Below are positions 41,735 to 53,323 of a stretch of DNA of 64,000 nt, piece after piece. A program made the position numbers and the translations under genes. Under the pieces are notes generated by a model that saw only the letters and a program-made list of their open reading frames with translations, was not told the DNA's origin and did not search any database. This DNA is from Deltaproteobacteria bacterium. GTDB lineage: Bacteria; Myxococcota; UBA727; VGSZ01. The stretch covers positions 213,604 to 277,603 of the forward strand of contig JACOUT010000002.1 in NCBI GenBank assembly GCA_016177705.1, given 5' to 3'. Position 1 is the first letter of the stretch. Each line of letters starts with the position of its first letter.

Positions 41735-42535
41735 ATGCGCGTCGCTGCCTGTTTGCTCGTCGCCGTCGGCATGGCCCTCGCTGCCGGTCCCGCGGCCGCC
41801 ACGTCGTCGCCGGGCACGAGCGCGGCGGCGGTCGGCGCCGGTGAATCCGAGGCCACCGTGGCCGCCGCCAAGAAGAAGGCGCCGCCCAAGAAGAAGCGCC
41901 GGACGCCACCGCCGGATCGCAGGAAGGCGCCACCGGTGCCGCGGGTGGATCCGCTTATGGTATCGGCCGCTGCTGCCGGCGGCGCGGCCGGCGGCGCGTG
42001 CATCGGCGCGGCCACGGTCACCACCGCCGCCATCATCGGACTCGGCGTGTTCGCGGCGCCGACGGTGCCGGTAATGATCGCCGCCGCCGTCATCGGCATC
42101 GGCGTCGCGGTCGCCACTCCGTTCATGGCTGCGCTCGGCGGCGGCGCCGCGGTCCTGCTCGCCGACCCGAGGAGCAAACCCGACGAGTGGTCGTCGCTGC
42201 TGCAGTGCGCGGCCTCCGGCTACTGCATGGGCCTGTCCCTCATCGGTGGCACGCTGCTCGGCGCCACCGGCTGCGGGGGGCTGCCGGGGTGCGGCATGGG
42301 GCAGACCCCCGACAAGATTCCCGGCCCGGACAAGGCGGCGGAGTGGACCGCGGGCTCGGCCATCGCCGGCCTGATCGGTGGCACCGTCGTCGGCGGCCTG
42401 CTCGGCTGGGCCGTGTCCCCCGACCCGAATGCGCCCTTCGTCCCCATCGCCATCGGCGCAGGCGCGGGCGGTGTGCTCGGCGCGGGCGCCCTCGCCGGCG
42501 CGGGCGCCGCCATCGCCACCGCCGTCCGGCGCTAA
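41735..42535 (+). CDS. Hypothetical exported Gly/Ala-rich membrane protein
   Basis: Signal peptide, Lys-rich linker, multiple GxxxG hydrophobic helices. Confidence 0.65.
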   Translation: MRVAACLLVAVGMALAAGPAAATSSPGTSAAAVGAGESEATVAAAKKKAPPKKKRRTPPPDRRKAPPVPRVDPLMVSAAAAGGAAGGACIGAATVTTAAIIGLGVFAAPTVPVMIAAAVIGIGVAVATPFMAALGGGAAVLLADPRSKPDEWSSLLQCAASGYCMGLSLIGGTLLGATGCGGLPGCGMGQTPDKIPGPDKAAEWTAGSAIAGLIGGTVVGGLLGWAVSPDPNAPFVPIAIGAGAGGVLGAGALAGAGAAIATAVRR

Positions 42536-42539
42536 CGAG

Positions 42540-44147
42540 TCACAAGCAGACCATCGAGACCGGGCAGCAGTAGGGCTCGCCCTCGCCCTCGGCGGGTAAC
42601 CCGCCCCCCCGAACGCAGGTGCCGCCGTTGCAGTCGAAGTCGTTGATGCAGCCGACGCAGGTACCGGTGGACTCGTCGCACACGCCCGAGCTGCAGTTGG
42701 CGTCGCTCAGGCACTGCACGCACGCCCCGCCGGGAGCGCACAGCAAGCCGAATTGCGCGCACGGGTTGACCCAGTCGGGCGAGCAGGAGAGGTCGTTGCC
42801 GCAGAGGTGCTGGCCGTTGCAAGGGTCGTTGTCGTCGGCGCAGACGGTGCCGGGGTTGCATGCGCAGGCGTCCTGTCCCTCCTGGCACACCGGCTGATAG
42901 GGGTCGCTGCACGGGTTTGTGCCTGCGCTGCACGCGTCGCCGGCGCAGCTCTCGGCGCCGTTACAGAACAGGCCGTCATCGCAGTCGCTGTTGGTGAAGC
43001 AGGCGACGCAGCGGTCGTCCGACTCGCGGCACAGGCCGGCGCACGGCGACGTGCCGGGCTGGCAGTTGGCGCCGCCGTCGCAAGTCTCGTCGCCGTTGCA
43101 GAAGAGCCCGTCGCTGCACTCGACGTCGTTGGTGCAGCCGGTGCAGCTCTGCGTGCCCTCTTGGCAGTTGGCGGCGCCGCACGGGTTGACGCCTGGCGTG
43201 CAATCGCCGGCGACACAGGTCTCGACGCCGTCACAGAAGACGCCGTTGCCGCAGTCGTCGTCACCGGCGCACTGCGCACAGCGGTCGTCGGCCTCGAGGC
43301 AGAGCGGCCGCGCACCGGCGCACGGTTCGCTGCCCGGCTGGCAGGTATTGGCGCTGCAGGTCTCGATGCCGTTGCAGTACAGGCGGTCGTCGCAGTCGCC
43401 GTCTGACTGACAGGCGACACAGGTGTTGGTGTCCTCGACGCAGATGTTGCCAGCCACGCATGGTTGGCCACCGGGGATGCACAGGCTCGACTGGCATGAC
43501 GCCACACCGTTGCAGTACAGGCCGTCGTCGCAGTGCAGGTCGCTGCTGCACTGTTGGCAGGTGTCGGCGACCTCATTGCAGATCGGGGTCACGCCGAAAC
43601 AGACGGCGCCAAGCGTGATGCACGCGCCCGTGTCGCAGCGCTCCTCGCCCGTGCAATAGAGCGCGTCGTCGCACTCGGCGTCGTCCGTGCAGGTGCCGCA
43701 TTGGTCGGCTGCCTCCAGGCAGTTGCTGTCACACGGCGCCGTGCCGGGGCCGCAGGTGGCGCTCGCCGCGTCGCACAGCTCGGCGCCGTTGCAGAACTGC
43801 TCGTCGTCGCAGTCGCCGTCGTCGAGGCAGTCGACACAGTGGCCGGCTTGCTCATCGCAACCCATGGCGTCGGGACACGGGTCGGCGCCGCCCTGACAGG
43901 TGCCCTGCACGCAGCGCTCGACACCGTTGCAGAACGCGCCATCGTCGCAGGGCTCGTCGCTGGTGCAGCGGTTGTCGCCCTCGCCCTCGCCTTCGCCGAG
44001 CTGCGCCGCCAGCACACACATGGCGCCGTTGCACGCGTAGCCCTGGTCGCACTCGGTGGTGGCGGTGCAGGGACGGCCGTAGCCGACGTCCGCCGGCAGG
44101 TCGCAGGTTGCGAGCGCGAGCACGCCGCCGAGGAGCATCGCCCTCAT
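42540..44147 (-). CDS. Cys-rich repeat lipoprotein
   Basis: LALATC; about 9 repeats of CDDG.FCNG.E.C; short EG linkers. Confidence 0.85.
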   Translation of the reverse strand: MRAMLLGGVLALATCDLPADVGYGRPCTATTECDQGYACNGAMCVLAAQLGEGEGEGDNRCTSDEPCDDGAFCNGVERCVQGTCQGGADPCPDAMGCDEQAGHCVDCLDDGDCDDEQFCNGAELCDAASATCGPGTAPCDSNCLEAADQCGTCTDDAECDDALYCTGEERCDTGACITLGAVCFGVTPICNEVADTCQQCSSDLHCDDGLYCNGVASCQSSLCIPGGQPCVAGNICVEDTNTCVACQSDGDCDDRLYCNGIETCSANTCQPGSEPCAGARPLCLEADDRCAQCAGDDDCGNGVFCDGVETCVAGDCTPGVNPCGAANCQEGTQSCTGCTNDVECSDGLFCNGDETCDGGANCQPGTSPCAGLCRESDDRCVACFTNSDCDDGLFCNGAESCAGDACSAGTNPCSDPYQPVCQEGQDACACNPGTVCADDNDPCNGQHLCGNDLSCSPDWVNPCAQFGLLCAPGGACVQCLSDANCSSGVCDESTGTCVGCINDFDCNGGTCVRGGGLPAEGEGEPYCCPVSMVCL

Positions 44148-44902
44148 TCCGCACCTCCCGAGGTCAAGCCCCAGACCGCGCCGCCCGCCGCGGCGACAAC
44201 GCCGACCGCCGCGAACGCCAAACCGGCCGCGAGCGACGCCTGCCCCCAACCGACCCAATCAGCCCGTGCCTGCTGCTGCGCCGCGTACAGCCCGTCGACC
44301 CCGTCGGTGGCGCCTTGCTTCTCGGCCGCGGCGAGCGCGTCGCGTGCGGCGCCGTGCGCGAACCACGGCTGCGCGCCGACGACGGCGAGCGCCGCGCCGG
44401 CCAGCACGGCCGCGCCGCCAACGCCGGCCGTCACCCAGGGCCACGGCGTCGAGGGCGGGGGCGCCGCCGGCTCGTCGCGCGACGGCGGCGCTGGCGTCGG
44501 CGCGGCTGGAGCGGGGGCCGAGGCGGCAGCGGTCGGCACGGCGCTCGGAGGCGCCGGCAGCGGGCAGGGCGTGCCGGGGCCGCCCTTCTCGACCAGCTTG
44601 GTGAGCGCCGCGATGCGCCCCTTGGCCTCGGTCTTGCGGGCGGCGCTGGTCGTGGTGCCGAGCAGCTGCGTGTACAGCTGCATGGCGCGCGCGCGATCGG
44701 CGCCGAGCTCGGCGGCCTGTGCGGCGTTGAAGACCAGGTCGGGCGTGGGCGCCAGTCGATCGGCGTCGAGGAAGAGCGCGAGCGCGTCGCACCAGCGTTT
44801 CTCACCGACGGCCGCGAAGGCGGCCTCCTCGCTGGCGCGCGCGCGCACGGCCGCGTCGTCGTCGGCGGTAGCGACCAGCAAGAGCGCCGCCGCGACGATC
44901 AC
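44144..44902 (-). CDS. TPR-like membrane-associated protein
   Basis: LVFNAAQAAE TPR-like helix pair, Pro-rich linker, two TM helices; coupled to the kinase and Cys-rich genes. Confidence 0.7.
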   Translation of the reverse strand: MIVAAALLLVATADDDAAVRARASEEAAFAAVGEKRWCDALALFLDADRLAPTPDLVFNAAQAAELGADRARAMQLYTQLLGTTTSAARKTEAKGRIAALTKLVEKGGPGTPCPLPAPPSAVPTAAASAPAPAAPTPAPPSRDEPAAPPPSTPWPWVTAGVGGAAVLAGAALAVVGAQPWFAHGAARDALAAAEKQGATDGVDGLYAAQQQARADWVGWGQASLAAGLAFAAVGVVAAAGGAVWGLTSGGAE

Positions 44903-46371
44903 CCGCCCTCCTTGGTGCGCACGCGCACGAAGCCGGAGGGCTCGGTCGGCGGCTCGGCCTCCGTGGGCTTCGGGGCCGGCTTGACCTTGGGCTTCGGCTT
45001 CACCTTGGTGGCGGTCTTGCTCGGCGTGGCCGGCGCGGGCGGCGCCTCGACGGGCGGCGCCTCGACGACGGCTGCCGCGGGCACCAGCGGCTGCTCGATG
45101 GCCGAAGCGGGCGACGACGGCTCGGTCGTCGCGGCCGCGGTCCTCGGGGCCGCGGTCGTCGGTGCCAGCGTCGCGGTCGCCGGCAGCACGGCGGTCGGCA
45201 CCGCGACCACGGGCGGCGTCTCGCGGCCGACCAGCAGGAGGCCGACGCCGATGCCGACCGCCGCCACCACCATCAGCCCGGCGGCGACAGGAAGCCAGCG
45301 TGAGGTCGGCCGGCGCCGCTCGAGCGCCGTCGGACCAGACGTGTTGACGGCACCGGCGATCCGGGTGGGCGCGCCGGCCAAGGTCGAGGAGCTCGGCTCG
45401 CTCTTTGGCTGCGCCAGCTCGGTCGGCCCGTCGTGGCTCGCCAACATCTCGACCTTGAAGCCGGTCGGCAGCGTCTCCTCGACGCTGCGCCGACGTGGGC
45501 CGCTCACCGAGGTTTCGTCGCCCATGGCGCTCGCGAGCGCGGCCTCGAGCGCGCGCATCGAGGCGAAGCGCTTGGCCGGGTCCTTCTCCAGGCACTTGAG
45601 CACGGCCGCTTCGAGCGCGTCGGGGATGTCGACCTTGCCGACGGCGCGCTCGGCGATACGCGGCGCCGGCGTCGAGACCTGGTGCCGCACCAGGTCGGAG
45701 AGCGACTCGACGTCGAACATGGGCGCGCCGGCCAGCATGCGAAACAGGATGACGCCGAGCGAGTAGACGTCGGTGCGGCCATCGACGGCCTGGCCGTTCA
45801 CCTGCTCGGGCGCCATGAACGGTAGGGTGCCGAGCAGGGCCCCTTGCTGGGTGAGCCCGCCGGTGGCGTCGTTGGTCATCTTGGCGACGCCGAAGTCGAG
45901 CACCTTGGCGATGTCCTCCTCGCCGTCGATGGTGCACAGCATGACGTTGGCCGGCTTGAGGTCGCGGTGCACGATGCCAAGGTCGTGCGCCGCCTGCATG
46001 CCCTTGGCGATGTGGCGCGCGATGCGCACGGCGCGGGTCGGCGGCACCTTGCCGTGGAGCAAGAGCTTGTCGAGCGGCTGGCCGTCGAGCAGCTCCATGA
46101 CGATGTACAGCTCGCCGGTCTCGGTCTTGCCGTACTGGATCACCTGCGCGACGTGGCGGCTTTGGATGCGCGCCGCAGCCTTGGCCTCGAGCGTGAAGCG
46201 CGCGGTCTGCTCGGCGACGACGGCGTCATCGCCCGCCGGCACCATCATCTTGATGGCCACCTGGCGATCGAGCGTGGTGTCGACGGCGCGGTACACGACC
46301 CCCATGCCGCCGCGCCCAAGGCGCTCCTGTACCAGATAGGGGCCAATGCGCCGGCCCTGCCACTCGGACAT
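44899..46371 (-). CDS. Membrane-anchored Hanks-type Ser/Thr protein kinase
   Basis: [43 protein letters not shown] helix and Pro-rich tail. Confidence 0.96.
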   Translation of the reverse strand: MSEWQGRRIGPYLVQERLGRGGMGVVYRAVDTTLDRQVAIKMMVPAGDDAVVAEQTARFTLEAKAAARIQSRHVAQVIQYGKTETGELYIVMELLDGQPLDKLLLHGKVPPTRAVRIARHIAKGMQAAHDLGIVHRDLKPANVMLCTIDGEEDIAKVLDFGVAKMTNDATGGLTQQGALLGTLPFMAPEQVNGQAVDGRTDVYSLGVILFRMLAGAPMFDVESLSDLVRHQVSTPAPRIAERAVGKVDIPDALEAAVLKCLEKDPAKRFASMRALEAALASAMGDETSVSGPRRRSVEETLPTGFKVEMLASHDGPTELAQPKSEPSSSTLAGAPTRIAGAVNTSGPTALERRRPTSRWLPVAAGLMVVAAVGIGVGLLLVGRETPPVVAVPTAVLPATATLAPTTAAPRTAAATTEPSSPASAIEQPLVPAAAVVEAPPVEAPPAPATPSKTATKVKPKPKVKPAPKPTEAEPPTEPSGFVRVRTKEGG

Positions 46372-46488
46372 GCCCGGCAGGTTACCAAGAAGGTCGCGCC
46401 GCGCCGCGTCGCGGCGACACCGCGCCCGCGACGCGAGACACTTCCGAAAAGCCGGCGAATGCGCCAGACGCTCTCCCCGGAGGCTCAC

Positions 46489-48348
<1,860 letters not shown>

Positions 48349-48393
48349 GCGCGCGCACGTCGGGACGATGGGCGGGGCGTGGTAGCTTGAGCT

Positions 48394-49377
48394 ATGAGCA
48401 CCATCGCCCCCCAGAAGCTCAACAGCCTCGCCACGCTGCGCGCGAAGGATCCGGCGGCGTTCGACGCGAGCGTCGCCACGATCGCCAAGGGCGGCAGCGC
48501 CGGCAACCTCGAGGCAGCGGCGCTCGCCAAGAGGGCCGGCGTCGGCGTGCTCGACGTCCTCGAGCTCGCGACCGCCGGTATCGAGCTGCTCGCCAAGCAC
48601 AGCGGCGTGCAGACGATGCTGAAGGAGGGCAGCACCTTGGGAAGCGCGCCCACGTTTGGCGGCGTCGGTGCGGGCGGCACGCTCAAGCTGAAGGGCTTCG
48701 TCGGGCGCGAGGTCGAGCGCGTGCAGCACGAGGCGCGCAACGTGCTCGACGCGTTGCGCGAGTTCGCCCCGCTCACCAACGCCTCCTTGATCGACAAGCC
48801 CGGCGCCGACCTCGGCTCGAAGGTCGGCCACTTCATGCAGCGGGTGGGCGCGTTCTTCGCCGATACCGGCAACGCCATGCTGCGCGAGTCACCGGTGAAC
48901 GCCGACCACCTGACGGCGGACGAGGCGACGCGACTGCTCGGCATGATCAAGGGCGCGGACGCGGTGGTGCTCGCGGCGCTTCGGCCACGTTTCGAGGCGC
49001 ACCTCGCACGCCTGGCGCCGGAGCGGATCGACGGCGGTGCCAAGGAGCCGCTCGCCGAGATTCGCAAGCTGCTCGAGGGGGTGCCGCCCGAGGCGCGCGA
49101 GGCCGCAGCGCTGCTCTCCTCGATCGCCAGGGCCGGCTACGACTTCGAGTCCAACCCAGGGCCGAGCCGAGCCGCGCAGGCCGCCGTCTTGAAGCTCGAG
49201 GTGCCCCTGCCCTTGCAGAAGGAGGCGATCGAGGTGCTCGAGCAGAGCTTCAAGGGGCAAATCGAACAGCGACGCACGGCCGATGCCCAGTGGGCAAACG
49301 ACTACTTCAACCCGCTCAACCCGATGAGCCCCTACAGCGCTGCCAACCCTGCCAACTGGGGCAAGCCAGGCGAGTAG
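48394..49377 (+). CDS. Hypothetical protein
   Basis: Strong codon bias; TGnTAGCTT-5nt-ATG upstream; no recognisable domain. Confidence 0.75.
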   Translation: MSTIAPQKLNSLATLRAKDPAAFDASVATIAKGGSAGNLEAAALAKRAGVGVLDVLELATAGIELLAKHSGVQTMLKEGSTLGSAPTFGGVGAGGTLKLKGFVGREVERVQHEARNVLDALREFAPLTNASLIDKPGADLGSKVGHFMQRVGAFFADTGNAMLRESPVNADHLTADEATRLLGMIKGADAVVLAALRPRFEAHLARLAPERIDGGAKEPLAEIRKLLEGVPPEAREAAALLSSIARAGYDFESNPGPSRAAQAAVLKLEVPLPLQKEAIEVLEQSFKGQIEQRRTADAQWANDYFNPLNPMSPYSAANPANWGKPGE

Positions 49378-49547
49378 CGGGGCCGGCCTACGCGCGCGAC
49401 GGCCGACCGAACGCTCGTCTTGCATCGTTGAGCCCGATGCTGGTCGTCACCGGGGCGATCTCCCGCAACTCCGTTCACGGCACCGCATCCGATGACCCGG
49501 CAGCGCCGGCGACCGGATGACAGACCCGACTCGAGACGAGGGGATCG

Positions 49548-51170
49548 ATGGGTGCAGTGACAGTCCGCGCCAGGCAGGCCGGCGTCGGCCACGCGAGCGA
49601 GGCGCCGTTGGCGGCCGCGTTTGCGCAAGCACCGCTCGCCATGTCGATCAACGCGCTGCCCGACGGCGTCTTCGTCGACGCCAACGACGCCTTCCTCCGC
49701 CTCTTCGAGGTCACCAAAGACGAGCTGTCCGGCAGGAGCGGCGTCGAGCTCGGCCTCTTTGACGACGCCCTGCAACGGCAGCTGCGGGAGCGGCTCGCGG
49801 GCGAAGGCCGGGTGCTGGATCTCGAGTGCACGAGGACCACGTGTCGCGGCAAGCCGGTCCGGGTGGCGCTTACCATCACCATGATCGACATCGACGGCGT
49901 GCCCCACGCCCTGAGCATGATGAGAGACTTGACGTATCGCCGCCCCCTCGAGGGTGAGACACGACGCGAGAAGTTTCTCGTGGACGTTGGCGCGACGCTT
50001 GCTTCTACGCTCGACTACCAGGAGACCGTCGCCAACATCGTTCGGCTGGCGGTCGGGCCGGTCGGCGACCTGTGCGCGCTCGGCCTGATCGATCAGGCCG
50101 GCATCCTTCGGAACCAGGCCATTCACTGCGGCGATCCCGACAAGGCTCGGCTCGTCGAAGCGCTGCGCGCCATCCCCGTCGACGCCAACCCGGCGCACGT
50201 GGTGGGCGCATTGGTCGAGTCGCGTCGGCCGATGCTGCTGTCGGAGGTCACGCCCGAGATCATCGACGCGGTGACCACCAACCCCGAGCACCGGCGGGTC
50301 CTTCGAGGCATCGGCGCCCAGTCCGCCATGGGCGCGCCGCTGGTCGCGCACGGCGAGGTGCTCGGCGCGCTCTTCATCGTGTCGTGCAGGCCCGAGCGCC
50401 GCTACGCGGCGGAGGATCTGCCGCTCCTCGAAGCGCTGGCGCTGCGCGCGGCGCTCGCGGTCGCCAACGCGCGCCTTCACCAGCAGCTCCTGCGCGCAGT
50501 GCGCGCGCGGGACGACGTCCTCGGCGCGGTGGCGCACGACCTGCGCAACCCGCTCGCGGCCATCGTCATTCACGCGTCCCGCCTGCGCGCGGCCGTTCCG
50601 GCCGGTGGCGCGGAGAATTCGGCCGAGGCCATTCGCCGCGCCGCGATGCGCGTGAGCCGGCTGGCCGAGGACCTGCTCGACGTTGCGCGCGTCGACGCGG
50701 GGCGCTTGTGCATCGAACCGAGCCCGCTTCGCCCTGATGCCGTGGTGGCGGACTGCGTCGAGGCGCAACGACCCATCGCGGAGGCCGCATCACTCGAGCT
50801 GATCGTCGACATCGGACAGGACCTGCCCGAGATCGTGGCCGACCGCGATCGCGTGCAGCAGGTGCTCGAGAACCTGGTCGGCAACGCGATCAAATTCACG
50901 CCGGCCGGCGGCAGCGTCACGGTGGGGGCCGCGCAGCGCGAGCGCGAGGTGACGTTCTGGGTGTCGGACTCCGGGCCGGGCATCCCGCCCGAGGATCTGC
51001 CGCGGGTCTTCGACCGCTACTGGCAGGCGAGCCCGAAGAGCAAGGTCGGCGCCGGGCTCGGGCTCGCCATCGCCAAGGACATCGTCGCGGCACACGGTGG
51101 CCGCATCTGGGTCGAGAGCACGCTCGGGCAGGGCAGCGCCTTCGCGTTCACGGTCCCCGCGCGTCGCTGA
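49548..51170 (+). CDS. PAS-GAF sensor histidine kinase (orphan)
   Basis: PAS (FVDANDAF), GAF, VAHDLRNPL H-box, NLVGNAIKFT, DSGPGI, GAGLGL. Confidence 0.92.
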   Translation: MGAVTVRARQAGVGHASEAPLAAAFAQAPLAMSINALPDGVFVDANDAFLRLFEVTKDELSGRSGVELGLFDDALQRQLRERLAGEGRVLDLECTRTTCRGKPVRVALTITMIDIDGVPHALSMMRDLTYRRPLEGETRREKFLVDVGATLASTLDYQETVANIVRLAVGPVGDLCALGLIDQAGILRNQAIHCGDPDKARLVEALRAIPVDANPAHVVGALVESRRPMLLSEVTPEIIDAVTTNPEHRRVLRGIGAQSAMGAPLVAHGEVLGALFIVSCRPERRYAAEDLPLLEALALRAALAVANARLHQQLLRAVRARDDVLGAVAHDLRNPLAAIVIHASRLRAAVPAGGAENSAEAIRRAAMRVSRLAEDLLDVARVDAGRLCIEPSPLRPDAVVADCVEAQRPIAEAASLELIVDIGQDLPEIVADRDRVQQVLENLVGNAIKFTPAGGSVTVGAAQREREVTFWVSDSGPGIPPEDLPRVFDRYWQASPKSKVGAGLGLAIAKDIVAAHGGRIWVESTLGQGSAFAFTVPARR

Positions 51171-51226
51171 ACGCCCGGGCGGTACTCGCCGAGCCAAAAG
51201 GCCGGGCCGCGCGCTAGAAGCTCACG

Positions 51227-52681
51227 ATGGTCAGGCGTGCGCAGCGGGACACCCACAAGCAGATCCGCCACAAGACGAGCGGGCAGCTCGACGTCGGCCG
51301 CACCAGCGGCGTTCAAGGCAAGCGCGAGCAGCCCAAAGGCGAGGTCAAGCACGCGCTCGCGAGCGACGCCTATCTGACCGCGCAAGGGAAGGCCGAGCTG
51401 CCCTCGAACGCAACCATGGGCCGAGGCGGACCCTCGTCGATCGTCGCGGTGCGGCAGCGCGAGGTCGCGCGCGTCACCGGGCGCAAGGCGCTCGTGCTCA
51501 ATTCCGGCTCGAGCTCCATCAAGTTCCAGGTGCGCCAGGAGGGGGGCAAGACGCTCATCAGCGGCAAGGTGGAGCGCATCGGCGAGGACGAGAGCAAGCT
51601 CACGCTCAAGGTGGGCGGCACGAGCTTCGAGATCGCGCGGCCCATCAAGAACCACGAGGAGGGGCTGCGCCTGCTCGTCGAGGCGCTGACCGACCCCAGC
51701 CGCGGCGCCATGAAGCTCGAGGACATCTCGGCCGTGGGCCACCGGGTGGTGCACGGCGGCCCGCGCTTCAAGGAGCCGGTGCGCATCGACGCCGACGTCG
51801 AGCAGGCGATCGCCGACTACGCCAAGCTCGCACCGCTGCACAACCCGCCCGCGCTCGCGGGCATCAGCGCCGTCCACAAGGTGCTCGGCGACCTGCCGCA
51901 GATCGCGGTGTTCGACACCGCGTTCCACGCCACCTTGCCCGAGGAGGCGTCGTCGTACGCCCTACCCAAGGAGTGGCGGGAAGAAGGCGTACGCCGCTAC
52001 GGCTTTCACGGCATCTCGGTGGAGAACGCCACCGCGCGCGCGGCCAAGATGCTCGGGCGCCCGCTGGAGGCCACCAACCTCATCGTCTGCCACCTCGGCA
52101 ACGGCGCCTCCATCACCGCGGTCGAGCACGGCAAGTCACGCGACACTTCCATGGGCATGACGCCGCTCGCGGGCATCACCATGGGCACGCGGCCGGGCGA
52201 CGTCGACGTGGGCGTTATCTTCCACCTGCTCAAGCAGGGCCACACCATCGAGCAGATCGAGAAGGATCTGAACAACCGCTCGGGCCTGCTCGGCCTGTCG
52301 GATGGACTATCGAACGACGTGCGCGAGTTGCTCGCCGCCGAGGCCACGGGCGACCCGCACGCCAAGCTCGCGCTCGAGAAGTACACCGAGGACATCACCG
52401 AGCAGATTGGCGCCTTCTTGGCCAAGCTGCGCGGCGACGTGCACGCCATCGTCTTCACCGGCGGCGTAGGCGAGAACTCGGGCGTGCTGCGCGAGCGTAT
52501 CGTCTCGCACCTGAACGCCTTCGGCTTCTCGCTCGACAAGAAGAAGAACGGCGGCGAGGGCTCGCTCGGCGTCGACGAAGCCAACATCTCGCCTGGCCGC
52601 GCCGCCAAGAAGGTGCTGGTGATCCGCGCCGACGAAGAGGGCGCCATCGGCGAGGCTGCCTTCAAGCTCACGCGCGAGTGA
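51227..52681 (+). CDS. ackA: Acetate kinase with about 85-aa N-terminal extension
   Basis: LNSGSSSIK, GHRVVHGG, APLHN, FDTAFH, RRYGFHG, CHLGNGAS, MGTRPGD, FTGGVGENS, DEE. Confidence 0.9.
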   Translation: MVRRAQRDTHKQIRHKTSGQLDVGRTSGVQGKREQPKGEVKHALASDAYLTAQGKAELPSNATMGRGGPSSIVAVRQREVARVTGRKALVLNSGSSSIKFQVRQEGGKTLISGKVERIGEDESKLTLKVGGTSFEIARPIKNHEEGLRLLVEALTDPSRGAMKLEDISAVGHRVVHGGPRFKEPVRIDADVEQAIADYAKLAPLHNPPALAGISAVHKVLGDLPQIAVFDTAFHATLPEEASSYALPKEWREEGVRRYGFHGISVENATARAAKMLGRPLEATNLIVCHLGNGASITAVEHGKSRDTSMGMTPLAGITMGTRPGDVDVGVIFHLLKQGHTIEQIEKDLNNRSGLLGLSDGLSNDVRELLAAEATGDPHAKLALEKYTEDITEQIGAFLAKLRGDVHAIVFTGGVGENSGVLRERIVSHLNAFGFSLDKKKNGGEGSLGVDEANISPGRAAKKVLVIRADEEGAIGEAAFKLTRE

Positions 52682-52701
52682 CGACGGCGCCCGCGGGTGC
52701 G

Positions 52702-53316
52702 TTACCAGCCGATGCCCGCCGAGATCGCCACCGAGGGCTGAAACGGATCGTGCGCCGTGATCAGGCGCGGCGCCTGCGCGAAGTAGGCGACGCTGAGCGA
52801 CAGCTCGGCCACCGCCTCGAAGCCGAGCCCGAGCGGCAAGGCCCAGCCGAGCGCGGCGCCCACCTCGGGGCCCGCGGTCTCGACGCCGCCGGGGCCGGTG
52901 TCGGCGAAGAAGAAGCCGGGCGCGTCGGGCCCGAGCTGCAGCTCGGCGAAGCCCGCCGACACGGTCGGCTCGAGGTAACCAAGCTCGGTCGCCACCGAGG
53001 TGACGCGCACGCGCCCGCGGAAGTGCGCGATCTCGGGCGCATTCTCTTTGTGGAGGAAGCCCGAGCCGTTGCCGCACGCCTCGACCCCGAGCGCCGCATG
53101 GAGCTCGCCCACCTCGACGGGCGCCGGCATCGCCGTCGCGCACACCTGCACCGGCGCGCTGCCGCCACTCGCGAGCCCGCCGCGGAGCGCGAGCCAGGTA
53201 TGCGGCGGTGCCTCCACGCGCCCGCGCACCTCGGGGACGACGGTGTCGCGCGGCTCGGCCGGTGCGGGCGGAGCAGCGAGCATGGCGACGAGCAGGGTGA
53301 AGATCATCGCCGCCAT
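52702..53316 (-). CDS. Hypothetical outer-membrane beta-barrel-like protein
   Basis: Signal peptide, alternating beta pattern, C-terminal aromatic (SAGIGW). Confidence 0.6.
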   Translation of the reverse strand: MAAMIFTLLVAMLAAPPAPAEPRDTVVPEVRGRVEAPPHTWLALRGGLASGGSAPVQVCATAMPAPVEVGELHAALGVEACGNGSGFLHKENAPEIAHFRGRVRVTSVATELGYLEPTVSAGFAELQLGPDAPGFFFADTGPGGVETAGPEVGAALGWALPLGLGFEAVAELSLSVAYFAQAPRLITAHDPFQPSVAISAGIGW

Positions 53317-53323
53317 TCCATGC

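Noticed and set aside
42540..44147. Regularly spaced DNA repeats resembling a CRISPR array (also 59-1810, 26340-26870)
   Set aside because: The repeats are degenerate at third codon positions and encode Cys-rich protein modules; no cas genes are present.
42540..46371. Kinase-TPR-Cys-rich operon as a novel system
   Set aside because: This is a very common arrangement in myxobacterial genomes.
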